NCBI GenBank assembly: GCA_016188265.1
Contig: JACPID010000016.1
Span: 1 to 51,683 of the forward strand
DNA from: Candidatus Woesearchaeota archaeon
GTDB lineage: Archaea > Nanobdellota > Nanobdellia > Woesearchaeales > ARS49
Direction: 5' to 3'
DNA length: 51,683 nt
The translations under genes and the position numbers were made by a program. The notes beneath the pieces were generated by a model. The model ran no database searches and was not told where the DNA came from. It saw only the letters and a list, made by a program, of their open reading frames with translations. Shown in pieces: positions 27,245 to 36,228 of this stretch. Every line of letters begins with the position of its first letter. The first letter of the stretch is position 1.

Positions 27245-28621
27245 TCACTCAACAAACTTTAAATGTTTTAAATTTCCAGATTTTTTTGGAACAAGAACTC
27301 TGAAATTTTTAAGGTTGCAGGGTTCTGTAAATAATGCGCTAATTATGTTTTGTGGAAAAGAATCAAAGGAATAAGAATAAGTAACAAGAACTCCGTTTTC
27401 TTCTGTTGCTTCTTTTGCAACAATCCACCAATCAGGTATGAAGGGTTTTTTTAATGTCTTGAATAAATGATCATCAGGAACAATTATTTGTTTTGGAGAT
27501 AGTTTATTAACGCACTCAAGCATAGGTGTCAAAGAAATAAAATGGGTGCTTGTTTCATTAAAGTTTACAAGTTCAAACATTGTATTGGATCCTCCTGTTG
27601 TGTAAAATGTGTAATAAAAATTAATTGACACATAAGAAATGCTTAAAATAACAAATATTTGAAAAAATATTTTTTTTGAGTAAAAAAAGAAATAGCATAA
27701 AACCAGAGAAGTGAAGGTTAATGGTATTAAGTGATACCTTAAAGCTGCAGTATTAATAAAATAAGTTATTATCAAAAATGATGCTATCATAAGCCAAGTA
27801 AAAGTTTGATGCTTGTTTTTTTTATAATAAAAAAAACTTCCCAGAAAGCTTAAAGAAACAAATGGAACAACAAATAAATTAATTAAGCCCGTTGTTCTTA
27901 AATAAAGAACACTTCCATCAAAATGCTTGAAAAAGCTAATTATTAATTTTGGCAGAATAATTAAATAATCAAAAAAATTCAGGTTATTGGCTGGAAGAGC
28001 TTGTTGAGTATTAACAAAGAAGAAATATAGCATTACTAGGAATACTACAAGTGTGCATAATGAATATTTTTTTTGTTTGAAAAAAACATATAATGCTAAA
28101 GGAATAAGAAAGGCAATAAATATAACATGAGTAAATAAAGCAATTCCACAAATAATCCAGGCAAAAAAATGATATTTCCAAGAATTTTTGCATAATATAA
28201 AATAAAGTATTAACAAAATAAAAAAAGGAAAAACAGTTATTTCCCAAGCAATTCTGCTCCAAATAACATGCCAAGGAATAACAGCGAAAATCCAAGCTGC
28301 ACGCAAACCATACTCTGAGTTAAATAAACTTGAAAAAATAAGATAAGCCAAATAAACTGTTCCTACACCAAATAAAACATTAACAAACCTTACACCAAAA
28401 ATATTAGCGCCAAATAAAAACATAAAAGGAACACGTAAGTATTGAATAGTTGCACCTGTATATTTATTCATGCCATAAAAATAAAATTTTTCACCATTAA
28501 GAATATTATAAGACATTTGGCCCAGGATTGCTTCATCTACATGAAACCCTGGAATTGAAGAAAGAAATACTATTCTTATTAAAAAAGCAAATAATAAACA
28601 AATTAATAGTTTATAATTCAT
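27245..28621 (-). CDS. GT-C fold (ArnT/PMT, family 39-like) membrane glycosyltransferase
   Basis: PGFHVDEA, LFGANIFGVR, PWHVIWSRIAWE and many TM segments. Confidence 0.82.
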   Translation of the reverse strand: MNYKLLICLLFAFLIRIVFLSSIPGFHVDEAILGQMSYNILNGEKFYFYGMNKYTGATIQYLRVPFMFLFGANIFGVRFVNVLFGVGTVYLAYLIFSSLFNSEYGLRAAWIFAVIPWHVIWSRIAWEITVFPFFILLILYFILCKNSWKYHFFAWIICGIALFTHVIFIAFLIPLALYVFFKQKKYSLCTLVVFLVMLYFFFVNTQQALPANNLNFFDYLIILPKLIISFFKHFDGSVLYLRTTGLINLFVVPFVSLSFLGSFFYYKKNKHQTFTWLMIASFLIITYFINTAALRYHLIPLTFTSLVLCYFFFYSKKIFFQIFVILSISYVSINFYYTFYTTGGSNTMFELVNFNETSTHFISLTPMLECVNKLSPKQIIVPDDHLFKTLKKPFIPDWWIVAKEATEENGVLVTYSYSFDSFPQNIISALFTEPCNLKNFRVLVPKKSGNLKHLKFVE

Positions 28622-28645
28622 TATTTTAGGAAAATAAATATCATA

Positions 28646-29353
28646 TTATAAATCTTCTAATTTTGATTGAACAATTGTGTAATTAGGATCTATTTCTAAA
28701 GCTTTTTCGTAATTCTCAATTGCTTTTGCTTTTTCATTTTTTGCAAGATATGCATCGCCTAAATAATGGTAAGATCTTTTATTTTTAGGATCTTTTTCAA
28801 TTGCTTTACTAAACCAAATAATCGCTTCATCATAATTTTTGAGAACATAATATGCATCTCCAAGATAAAGATAAGCGGTTGAGAATTCTGGGTCTTCTTT
28901 TATTGCTTTTTTGTATTCTTCAATTGCTTCATTAAGCTTTTTCTGCGTAAAATACTCCTCTGCTTTTTTTAAGTGCTTCATTGCTTCTTCATTTTTTGAT
29001 ACTGGATTAAGCGAAGCTTGTCCTTCTATAATTTTTTTAAATTCCATAGCATTAGGATTAGTTGGATCAAGCAATAAAACTATATCTAATTCTTTTTTAG
29101 ATTTTTCAGCATCGCCCAAGAATATGTATGATAAACTCAACAAAAAGTGCGCATCAACATTGTTTTGATCAGCTTCTATTACTTTATTAAGTTGAGCAAT
29201 AGCAGGAGAATATTGTCCTTGATCAATTAAATATTTTGCTTCTAATAACAATTTATTTATTTCTTCTACTGATAACTTTTTTTGTTCTTCTTTAGCTTTA
29301 CAAGCAGACAATAATAGCAAAAGAATCAATAAAATAGTAATTATTTTTTTCAT
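28646..29353 (-). CDS. TPR-repeat lipoprotein
   Basis: MKKIITILLILLLLLSAC lipobox; repeated A..YLG.AY...EAI..Y.KAI..DP. Confidence 0.88.
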   Translation of the reverse strand: MKKIITILLILLLLLSACKAKEEQKKLSVEEINKLLLEAKYLIDQGQYSPAIAQLNKVIEADQNNVDAHFLLSLSYIFLGDAEKSKKELDIVLLLDPTNPNAMEFKKIIEGQASLNPVSKNEEAMKHLKKAEEYFTQKKLNEAIEEYKKAIKEDPEFSTAYLYLGDAYYVLKNYDEAIIWFSKAIEKDPKNKRSYHYLGDAYLAKNEKAKAIENYEKALEIDPNYTIVQSKLEDL

Positions 29354-29439
29354 TATACCTTTTATTAATTGCTGAACTTATAAATCTTTTTAAACCTAGA
29401 CTTTTGCATTTTATAAGTAAATAGACAAAAGTATAGGTT

Positions 29440-29534
29440 CTAAAGTTTTGCCTAGATCAATAAAACACGACAAACTGCAATGCAGTTTGTGTGCGCTGAA
29501 ATTCAAAGAATTTCATGCGAACGCAAAACTTTAG
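29440..29534. repeat. Double-hairpin module enclosed by a 12-bp inverted repeat
   Basis: CTAAAGTTTTGC ... GCAAAACTTTAG enclosing cac-g-ACAAACTGCA-a-TGCAGTTTGT-gtg and cgc-TGAAATTC-aaa-GAATTTCA-t-gcg. Confidence 0.75.
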
Positions 29535-29539
29535 TAAAC

Positions 29540-29646
29540 GTCGAAAACTACTCTTGAATAACTTTGCAGATCTTTAGTTTGTAGATAAATGATGAGTAGT
29601 TTTTGATCGTGATCAAGAACTACACGCTACCTACTTCACTAAGTAG
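29540..29646 (+). repeat. Structured repeat family, copy A
   Basis: GTCGAAAACTACTC...GAGTAGTTTTTGATCGTGATCAAGAACTACACGCTACCTACTTCACTAAGTAG; aligns with the reverse complement of 30361-30472 and with 51200-51364. Confidence 0.85.
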
Positions 29647-30349
29647 ATAATAATTCAAGAATGCGTCGACAGGAATTTTGAAAAACACGTGATTTATATA
29701 TTTTTAAAAATGGTGTTTTCAAACAATACTTAACATCCTTATCATGTTTTGCATCTTCTGAGTTTAATGCTGATGTTTCAGGAAGATAATTAATAATGCA
29801 AACATGTGAATATGCATTTTGAACTGGCGCTGGCAAATGTTCTTCAAATAATGATAATTCAAGTGATGTTATTCTTGTTCTTTGATTTTTACAATAACCG
29901 ACTATTTTTTGAAACAATCTTGTGGTGTATTGAGGATGTTGTTTAATTTCTGAGCCGTCTGGAAGCAAATACTTTAATAAAAATTGAAATCCTTCAACAG
30001 ACCATTTCCATTTTAAAAAATTTTCCCTTAATTTTTCAAAATCTTTTTCACTGATTCTTTCATTAGCATTTAAAAAAAGAACCCAGTTTGTTTTAGCTAA
30101 TCGTAAACAATAATTTTTTAATTGTTCATGTTCAGTTAAAGTTGTTTGGTGCACGTTTAGGTTATCATATTGTTTTTCAGCTTGTTTTAACAATTCATAA
30201 GTTCCATCAACAGAACCTGTATCAACAATAACTGCTTTTTTAACAAAAGGAATTGTTTCTTCAATGAATTTTTTTATGCCTCCGGCTGGATTAATTATTT
30301 CATCTCTTACAATTGTACAAAGTGTTGTATCAGGAAGTATTGTAGTCAT
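29639..30349 (-). CDS. GT2-like glycosyltransferase with degenerate DxD motif (possibly inactive)
   Basis: TLCTIVRDE, IVDTGSVDGT, WVLFLNANE where LDADE is expected. Confidence 0.75.
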   Translation of the reverse strand: MTTILPDTTLCTIVRDEIINPAGGIKKFIEETIPFVKKAVIVDTGSVDGTYELLKQAEKQYDNLNVHQTTLTEHEQLKNYCLRLAKTNWVLFLNANERISEKDFEKLRENFLKWKWSVEGFQFLLKYLLPDGSEIKQHPQYTTRLFQKIVGYCKNQRTRITSLELSLFEEHLPAPVQNAYSHVCIINYLPETSALNSEDAKHDKDVKYCLKTPFLKIYKSRVFQNSCRRILELLST

Positions 30350-30360
30350 TTTTTTCTTCT

Positions 30361-30472
30361 GTCAAAAACTACCTACTGAAGTAGGTAGCGTGTAGTTTTT
30401 GATCATGATCGAAAATCACTCGTCCTTTCTACAGACTAAATTCAGCAGAGTGTGTCAAGAGTGATTTTCGAC
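30361..30472 (-). repeat. Structured repeat family, copy B (complete, 112 bp)
   Basis: GTCAAAAACTAC ... TTTTTGATCATGATCGAAAA ... GTGATTTTCGAC; inverted relative to copy A. Confidence 0.85.
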
Positions 30473-30605
30473 ATTTCAGTACAGTTTAAAGTATAATGTG
30501 TAAATAGTATGAGTAATATATAAATGTTTCGTCATTGTGTAGTAGTTATTACACTATATTTGTTTATTCTATTCTCCTCAAAAAAGTTTAAGAAATTTAG
30601 TGAAC

Positions 30606-30640
30606 AAAAAATACTGGCTTGTCACAGATCAGTATTTTTT
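30606..30640. terminator. Inverted repeat with A/T tails downstream of the antiporter gene; possible terminator
   Basis: AAAAAATACTG-N13-CAGTATTTTTT. Confidence 0.35.
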
Positions 30641-30673
30641 TGAGTGAAATGTTCTAAGTAAAAAAAGGAGGGG

Positions 30674-31642
30674 TTATCCAAGAACAGTTGTAGTTGGAAT
30701 AACTCCCTTTAAAGATAATTCTATCATAATAAACAATACATAAAGAGTTATTAGAGCAATTCCGTGAATTGCGCTTAATCTAGTTCCTTGCATGAATGTT
30801 GCAAAGATTAAGCAAATAACTATCATGAAAATAGCACTTGTTAAGAAAAATAAGAAGTTTACGCTTATGGGATAAATTAAGCTTGCAATACCAAGAACTA
30901 ATAAGGAATTAGTTACAACACTACCTATAATATCACCAAAAGCCAGTTCTATATGTTTACTTCTTGCAGCTCTTAATTCAAAAGCCAATTCTGGAAGTGT
31001 TGTTCCCATGCTAATAAAAATTAAACCTATCAAAATGTTTGGAAATCCCATATTTATTGCAAGTTTTGTGCCATACTCAACAACGTAATTGGCACTAAAA
31101 AACAAGCCAATAATTCCAACAATAAAAACTAAAGGAAATACTAGCGTAGAATATTTTTTGAAGTGATTTTGTTCTTTATGCCTAAACTCTTTTTTATGCT
31201 TTAAAACATGCCAGTTAAAAATTACAAAAGAAGTAATAAGAATTACTCCATCTAACCTAGAAAGTTGATTACCAAAACCCATTAATAAAACAGGAAGAAA
31301 AGCAACAAGAATCATAAATAAAGAATCTCTCTTAATAACAATCTTTTTAACACGAATAACACTTTTACTCAACAATATAGATATTCCTGCAATGAAAGTA
31401 AGATCCAAGATATTAGCACCAATAACATTACCAAAAGACAAAGAAGGATTCTTATTCAATGCAGAAGAAATGCCAACAAATAACTCAGGAAGACTAGTAC
31501 TAACAGCCATAATCACAAAAGCCACAACAAACTCACTAAACTGAAGAAAACTAGCAATAAAAATCATTGAACGAACAAGTAAAGAACCAAAAACAACCAA
31601 ACCAATACAAGCAATCAAAAACATCAATAAATCAAAAAACAA
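30674..31642 (-). CDS. Sodium/calcium exchanger family (YrbG-like) antiporter
   Basis: Two alpha repeats: STSLPE...GNVIGANI and GTTLPE...GDIIGSVVTN. Confidence 0.92.
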   Translation of the reverse strand: MFFDLLMFLIACIGLVVFGSLLVRSMIFIASFLQFSEFVVAFVIMAVSTSLPELFVGISSALNKNPSLSFGNVIGANILDLTFIAGISILLSKSVIRVKKIVIKRDSLFMILVAFLPVLLMGFGNQLSRLDGVILITSFVIFNWHVLKHKKEFRHKEQNHFKKYSTLVFPLVFIVGIIGLFFSANYVVEYGTKLAINMGFPNILIGLIFISMGTTLPELAFELRAARSKHIELAFGDIIGSVVTNSLLVLGIASLIYPISVNFLFFLTSAIFMIVICLIFATFMQGTRLSAIHGIALITLYVLFIMIELSLKGVIPTTTVLG

Positions 31643-31693
31643 GTATTATCACCTCTACACAACTAAAAGATAGAAGACATAATAAATCTTTCT

Positions 31694-31938
31694 TTACTTA
31701 TAAATAAAATCCTTGTTGTCTATTATGATTCCGTAGTATGGTTCTTGTTGCAGACTCAGTATAGCTACTTTTTTATTGTAGATGAATATATTTGATTTGA
31801 ATATGTAGTTTGATGGTATAAATTTGAATTCTCGGTATTCTTTGGTTGCTTTTTCTAAGAGTTTCTTGTGTGCTTATTCTTTTTTGCAATGATTTTGATT
31901 GGTATTTTCTTTTCTATTCTTTTTTTGATTAAATAATG
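31694..31938 (-). pseudogene. Frameshifted C-terminal remnant of a TrmB-like regulator
   Basis: KKRIEKKIPIKIIA, frameshift, then KEYREFKFIPSNYIFKSNIFIYNKKVAILSLQQEPYYGIIIDNK*; no HTH and no start codon. Confidence 0.65.
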
Positions 31939-31939
31939 A

Positions 31940-32719
31940 TTATTCAAACATTCTTTGGTAGTTTAAGAATACTTGATTAGCTGCTTCTTCAGGATCAATT
32001 TTTTTTAGTAGAGATATTTTGTTAATGCTTTCAACAACAAATGCAGGTTCATTAATTTTTCCAATATAAGGGCTAAGCCATGGCGCGTCTGTTTCTGTTA
32101 ATAATTGTTCTAGAGGAACTTCTTCAATAACCATTTCAAAATGCTTAAGCTTTTTTACAACTGCAGGAATGCTTAAAGAAAATCCTAATTCAGCAGCATG
32201 TTTAACAATTTGTTTTCTGGCGCTGAAACAATGCAGTACAATTTTTTTGGCATTATTTTTTTCAAGCATGTCTAAAACATCAGATTCAGCATTACGACTG
32301 TGAACAATTAACGGTTTATTTATTTTTTTAGAAAGCTCAATAATTTTTTGAAAGACTTGTTTTTGCTCTTCTTTTTTTTCAAAGCCAAATTTATAATCTA
32401 AACCAACTTCCCCAATTGCTATTATTTTATCTTTACTTTTTTTAATAAAACTAATAACTTCATCAGCATTAGTTTTTTCCTCTCTTTTAAGCCCTGCTTC
32501 ATGAGCTAAACCAACAGCATCAAGAGGATACAATCCTAGCGCGGGCTTTAGTAAGGAATGTTTATTTGCTAGTTCAAGCACTTCTTTATTAGTGCTTAAA
32601 TTAACGCCATTTACAATTATTGCTTTAACTCCTGCTTTTTGAGATCTTTCAATTACTTCAGAAATTTTGCCTTTAAATAATTCATGATTAATATGGCAGT
32701 GTACATCAACAAGCTTCAT
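31940..32719 (-). CDS. tatD: TatD-family DNase
   Basis: VDVHCH, AIGEVGLD, IVHSR, LHCFS, LLTETDAPWL, NEP. Confidence 0.94.
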   Translation of the reverse strand: MKLVDVHCHINHELFKGKISEVIERSQKAGVKAIIVNGVNLSTNKEVLELANKHSLLKPALGLYPLDAVGLAHEAGLKREEKTNADEVISFIKKSKDKIIAIGEVGLDYKFGFEKKEEQKQVFQKIIELSKKINKPLIVHSRNAESDVLDMLEKNNAKKIVLHCFSARKQIVKHAAELGFSLSIPAVVKKLKHFEMVIEEVPLEQLLTETDAPWLSPYIGKINEPAFVVESINKISLLKKIDPEEAANQVFLNYQRMFE

Positions 32720-32762
32720 AATACATAAGATTTTTAATAAGGTTTATATAAATTTTGAACAT

Positions 32763-32877
32763 TTAGTTGAGGACATAAGAGTTGAGGACAGTTGAGGACA
32801 TAAGTAAAGCATATATTATTCAACCTCAACTAAGTTGAAAAAGACAAACTATTTTATGTGATATTTTTGTCTTTTTC
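32763..32877. repeat. Short direct and inverted repeat cluster
   Basis: AGTTGAGGAC x3 (32765, 32780, 32790), inverted CCTCAACTAA (32824), and GAAAAAGACAAA...TTTGTCTTTTTC. Confidence 0.7.
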
Positions 32878-32903
32878 TAATTTATTATGGCAGAGGCAAT
32901 AAA

Positions 32904-33377
32904 ATGGAAAAACAAGTTGAAATTGAAGAAGCAAATAAACAATTTAAAAAAGTGCTTTTTGCATTAGGAGTGAATGTAGGGTCTTTTGTTCTTGTATTTT
33001 TCGGGCCTAACTACATAAGAGAACATTTTGATGGAAAAATAAATGCAGTAAAACAAAATAATCCTGCAGTAGCGCGAGTGTATGAATTAGAGAAAAAATG
33101 TTACTTAGTTGGAGATAATCAAATTGTTCCAAAAAAAAATCTTGAACGCTTCATAACAGATGCGGATTTTGTTGCAGAACAACGCACATTAGAAAAAGAA
33201 CACCAACAACTAATGACTTATCAAGAGGTTATTGAATCTGTTAAAAATATTAATGCTTATAAACAAAGCGCAGTAAATTATGCTGGAATTGCAATTTTAG
33301 GGGGCATGCTGGGTATGATAGGAAGTTTATTATATACAAATAGATTGAGAAAAGCGCTGCCTAAAGACAAAATATAG
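32904..33377 (+). CDS. Hypothetical membrane protein (two TM helices)
   Basis: GAGG SD; hydrophobic segments near both termini. Confidence 0.7.
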   Translation: MEKQVEIEEANKQFKKVLFALGVNVGSFVLVFFGPNYIREHFDGKINAVKQNNPAVARVYELEKKCYLVGDNQIVPKKNLERFITDADFVAEQRTLEKEHQQLMTYQEVIESVKNINAYKQSAVNYAGIAILGGMLGMIGSLLYTNRLRKALPKDKI

Positions 33378-33405
33378 GCTGGTTTTATGCTGATCAGTAA
33401 AATAT

Positions 33406-34266
33406 TTGACATTAAGCAGAGGGATAATTATTCCAAAAATCAGAAGAGTTGCTAAAAAATACAACACTTATAGAGATTACTTAAATGATTTGTATGCTGA
33501 TAAAAAATGTAATTCTGAAAATATTTTTGACAGAAAGTTTCAAGAAAAATTAGAAATTGTTGCAATACCAAAACAAATGCATCAAATAGGTAAAACAATG
33601 AGAAGAAATAAACATGGAAAAGGAATTTGTGGTTTAATAGGTCTTGGCCTGTTAGGAGTAATTGGGTTAGTTCATACAACAGGAAGTACTCAATGGTATA
33701 ATCAAGCAGCAGCATTCTTTGATAGTGTTATTGATAAAAAGATGCATGAAAAAAAATTCAAAAATAATTATTATGAAACAGATAAAAATTTTTTACATTA
33801 CAAAGTTGAACTTGTTCTTGAAGAAAACATGCTGACACAAAAGTTTATGAATGCTCTTGAAATGACAAAAGAACGTTTTAAAGAATATGCAGGTATTGAA
33901 ATTGTTATTAGCAATGTTATAGAATTGCCAGACGTACTAGACGATTATATGGTGAAAAGTAAGATTAATTTTGATATTACTACAGCTCTACTTTTAGCAA
34001 CAAACCAAAACATACCTGGATTTAAAGCAAGAGCATATCGAGAAAATAATTCTGCAATTTTTGATAAAATAGATGAAAAAGATGTTTTTTTTAATGCAAA
34101 TCTAATACAGCACGAAATAAGCCATTTATTAGGATTGCCTGACAGAAATATTCAAGATTATACTGGTGATATAATGAACAATCCTCCTTACTGGAGCAGT
34201 GGTTTCAGAGGTGGTTGGACAAGCGAAGATATAGAAATAATGAGGCGAAGCAATTATCTTAAATAA
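33406..34266 (+). CDS. Membrane-anchored metzincin-like zinc protease, paralog 1 (start uncertain)
   Basis: TM segment, AGIEI, LIQHEISHLLGLPD, Met-turn GDIMN. Confidence 0.75.
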   Translation: MTLSRGIIIPKIRRVAKKYNTYRDYLNDLYADKKCNSENIFDRKFQEKLEIVAIPKQMHQIGKTMRRNKHGKGICGLIGLGLLGVIGLVHTTGSTQWYNQAAAFFDSVIDKKMHEKKFKNNYYETDKNFLHYKVELVLEENMLTQKFMNALEMTKERFKEYAGIEIVISNVIELPDVLDDYMVKSKINFDITTALLLATNQNIPGFKARAYRENNSAIFDKIDEKDVFFNANLIQHEISHLLGLPDRNIQDYTGDIMNNPPYWSSGFRGGWTSEDIEIMRRSNYLK

Positions 34267-34267
34267 A

Positions 34268-34969
34268 GTGGTAAATAACATTCCGAGAATAACATATGAA
34301 GAAGCATGTGAAAAATATTTAAGTAATCATAAAAGAAAAAAAATTCAAAATATAAAAATTGCTATTGGCAGTTTTGGAATAATGCTTTCTAGTTTATCAG
34401 GAATTGCTTACTTAACTGGTGATTTACAAAAAATTCCCGATAAAGTAAAAGAATATTTTAAAAAACAGAGGATGTTAGAATATAAAATAGAATTATTGTT
34501 TGATAAAGATTTGGAAGATCGTTCATTATTTTTGCATGCTTTTGAATTAGCTAAATTTAATTTTGAAAAAAAAGCAGGTATAGAACTTATTATTTTAAAG
34601 CAAAAAGATGTTGTTTTTTCTAAAAAAAATATTATAGAAGATATTCCTGAAAGCATGTACGATGCAACTATTGCAGTAACAAATAAATGCTTTGAAGCAT
34701 ACAATGGCAAAGGCGAAAAAATTGATTTTAGTGGAATGGCTTATCCTGAAAAATGTTTTATAATAATTGATCAAATAAATTCTAGAAGTGATGTGAATAA
34801 TTTAATGCTAATTCAGCACGAATTAAGCCATCTTTTAGGTTTAGAACACAGAATAACTTTATATTATACTGGTGATGTAATGAATTATCCTCCTAATTGG
34901 GGAAGCAATTGGTTTGAAAATGATGAAGAAAAAATGAGATCAGTGCTAAAGAATATTAAAAACAGGTGA
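34268..34969 (+). CDS. Membrane-anchored metzincin-like zinc protease, paralog 2
   Basis: AGIEL, LIQHELSHLLGLEH, GDVMNY. Confidence 0.8.
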   Translation: MVNNIPRITYEEACEKYLSNHKRKKIQNIKIAIGSFGIMLSSLSGIAYLTGDLQKIPDKVKEYFKKQRMLEYKIELLFDKDLEDRSLFLHAFELAKFNFEKKAGIELIILKQKDVVFSKKNIIEDIPESMYDATIAVTNKCFEAYNGKGEKIDFSGMAYPEKCFIIIDQINSRSDVNNLMLIQHELSHLLGLEHRITLYYTGDVMNYPPNWGSNWFENDEEKMRSVLKNIKNR

Positions 34970-34975
34970 ATTGCA

Positions 34976-35569
34976 ATTAAAAAATTATGTGCTGGATTAA
35001 TAAGTTTTGGGCTTTGTTTTTACCAAACAAGCTGCACTACAACTACAAGTACAATTTTTTTAAAAGATTTATTTAGGAAAAATCTAAAACAAAACATTGA
35101 ACTTATTTTTGATAACAACATAGATCATGATGATCGTGCTTCTTTTACACAATCTTTAGATACTGCAAAAAAAGAATTTAAAGAGCAGGCAGGCATAGAA
35201 TTAATAGTTGTAAGTGAAGGTTATGAAAACTTTCCGAACTTAGATATATTAAATTATTACAGTATTCCGTCAAATAGGTTAGAAAATACAATAACAATAT
35301 CAGCAACAAATAAAAATTATAATAGTCCTGAAGGAGATGCGTTCATAGGATTATGCTGGCCTTCAGTTAAGAAAATAATAATTGATACAATAAATAAAAG
35401 ATGTGTGAAAGATAATGCACATTTAATACAGCATGAAATTAGCCATGCATTAGGAGTCCGTGATAGGATTAAATTACAAAAAAATAATGATGTTATGAAT
35501 TACTATCCTTATTTTGGAAATAAATGGGAAAAAGAAGATATTCAAATAATGAGAAGTAATTGTAAATGA
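34976..35569 (+). CDS. Metzincin-like zinc protease, paralog 3 (no canonical start codon; not in ORF track)
   Basis: Open frame 34970-35569: IKKLCAGLISFGLCFYQTSCTT...IELIFD...AGIEL...LIQHEISHALGVRD...DVMNYY...W...DIQIMR; AGGTGA lies 6 nt before ATT 34976. Confidence 0.7.
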   Translation: MKKLCAGLISFGLCFYQTSCTTTTSTIFLKDLFRKNLKQNIELIFDNNIDHDDRASFTQSLDTAKKEFKEQAGIELIVVSEGYENFPNLDILNYYSIPSNRLENTITISATNKNYNSPEGDAFIGLCWPSVKKIIIDTINKRCVKDNAHLIQHEISHALGVRDRIKLQKNNDVMNYYPYFGNKWEKEDIQIMRSNCK

Positions 35570-35577
35570 GTTATATT

Positions 35578-35913
35578 TTATTCTCTTAATAATCGGTCTA
35601 TTGGATCTAATTCTTCTTCACACTGTTCAACTAGACTATCTGCAACAACATCTATTAATTCCATATTTTTTGCAATATTTGGCGGAATATTTTCTAATTT
35701 ATTAGGTCTAACAGCTTTTCTATCGTAAGTTCCTTGATAACAATCAATTACTTCCTCTTCTTTTCTTACAACTTTTTCAAAAACACCATCTTTACCCCAG
35801 TAAGTAATCCAGTGTTCTTTTTCATTTTTAAAATAAACAACCTTAAAATTTCCACAAATACATTCATTACCTGAAAATAAATTAATTCTAATGCCAAAAT
35901 CTGCTTTTCTCAT
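35578..35913 (-). CDS. Hypothetical protein
   Basis: 111 aa; last gene of a tight three-gene minus-strand cluster. Confidence 0.6.
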   Translation of the reverse strand: MRKADFGIRINLFSGNECICGNFKVVYFKNEKEHWITYWGKDGVFEKVVRKEEEVIDCYQGTYDRKAVRPNKLENIPPNIAKNMELIDVVADSLVEQCEEELDPIDRLLRE

Positions 35914-35916
35914 CTT

Positions 35917-36228
35917 TTATCTCCACATTATTCTTCTTGTTTCAGGTGCAAAAAATCCTTTTAATTGTTGAGAATCATTAAGTACAAATATATTATCCAA
36001 AGATGCATTTAATTGAGGTGCTTGTTTACTTAATGTTTCCAAAGTTATTTCACGAACTTTAACATTATAAGATGTATGGAATTTATTACGCCAATGTGGT
36101 GCAATAAAATCAATTATTTCCAAATCACTTAATTTGTAAGCTATCAAATCTAAACCAGTAAGTTTAACATCAACTCTATAATATCCAGATTGGCCGTCGG
36201 GTTTATGATAAAAAACTTTAAATCCCAT
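35917..36228 (-). CDS. Hypothetical protein
   Basis: GGAGGT SD before MGFKVF. Confidence 0.6.
   Translation of the reverse strand: MGFKVFYHKPDGQSGYYRVDVKLTGLDLIAYKLSDLEIIDFIAPHWRNKFHTSYNVKVREITLETLSKQAPQLNASLDNIFVLNDSQQLKGFFAPETRRIMWR

Noticed and set aside
32765..32804. AGTTGAGGAC repeats as a CRISPR array
   Set aside because: Units are only 10-15 bp with no spacers of about 30-40 bp, and there are no cas genes in the window.
34967..34969. Selenocysteine or genome-wide TGA recoding
   Set aside because: Conserved genes (rpl10, rlmH) end normally at TGA, no SECIS-like hairpin was seen, and paralog 2 ends at the same position as its paralogs.
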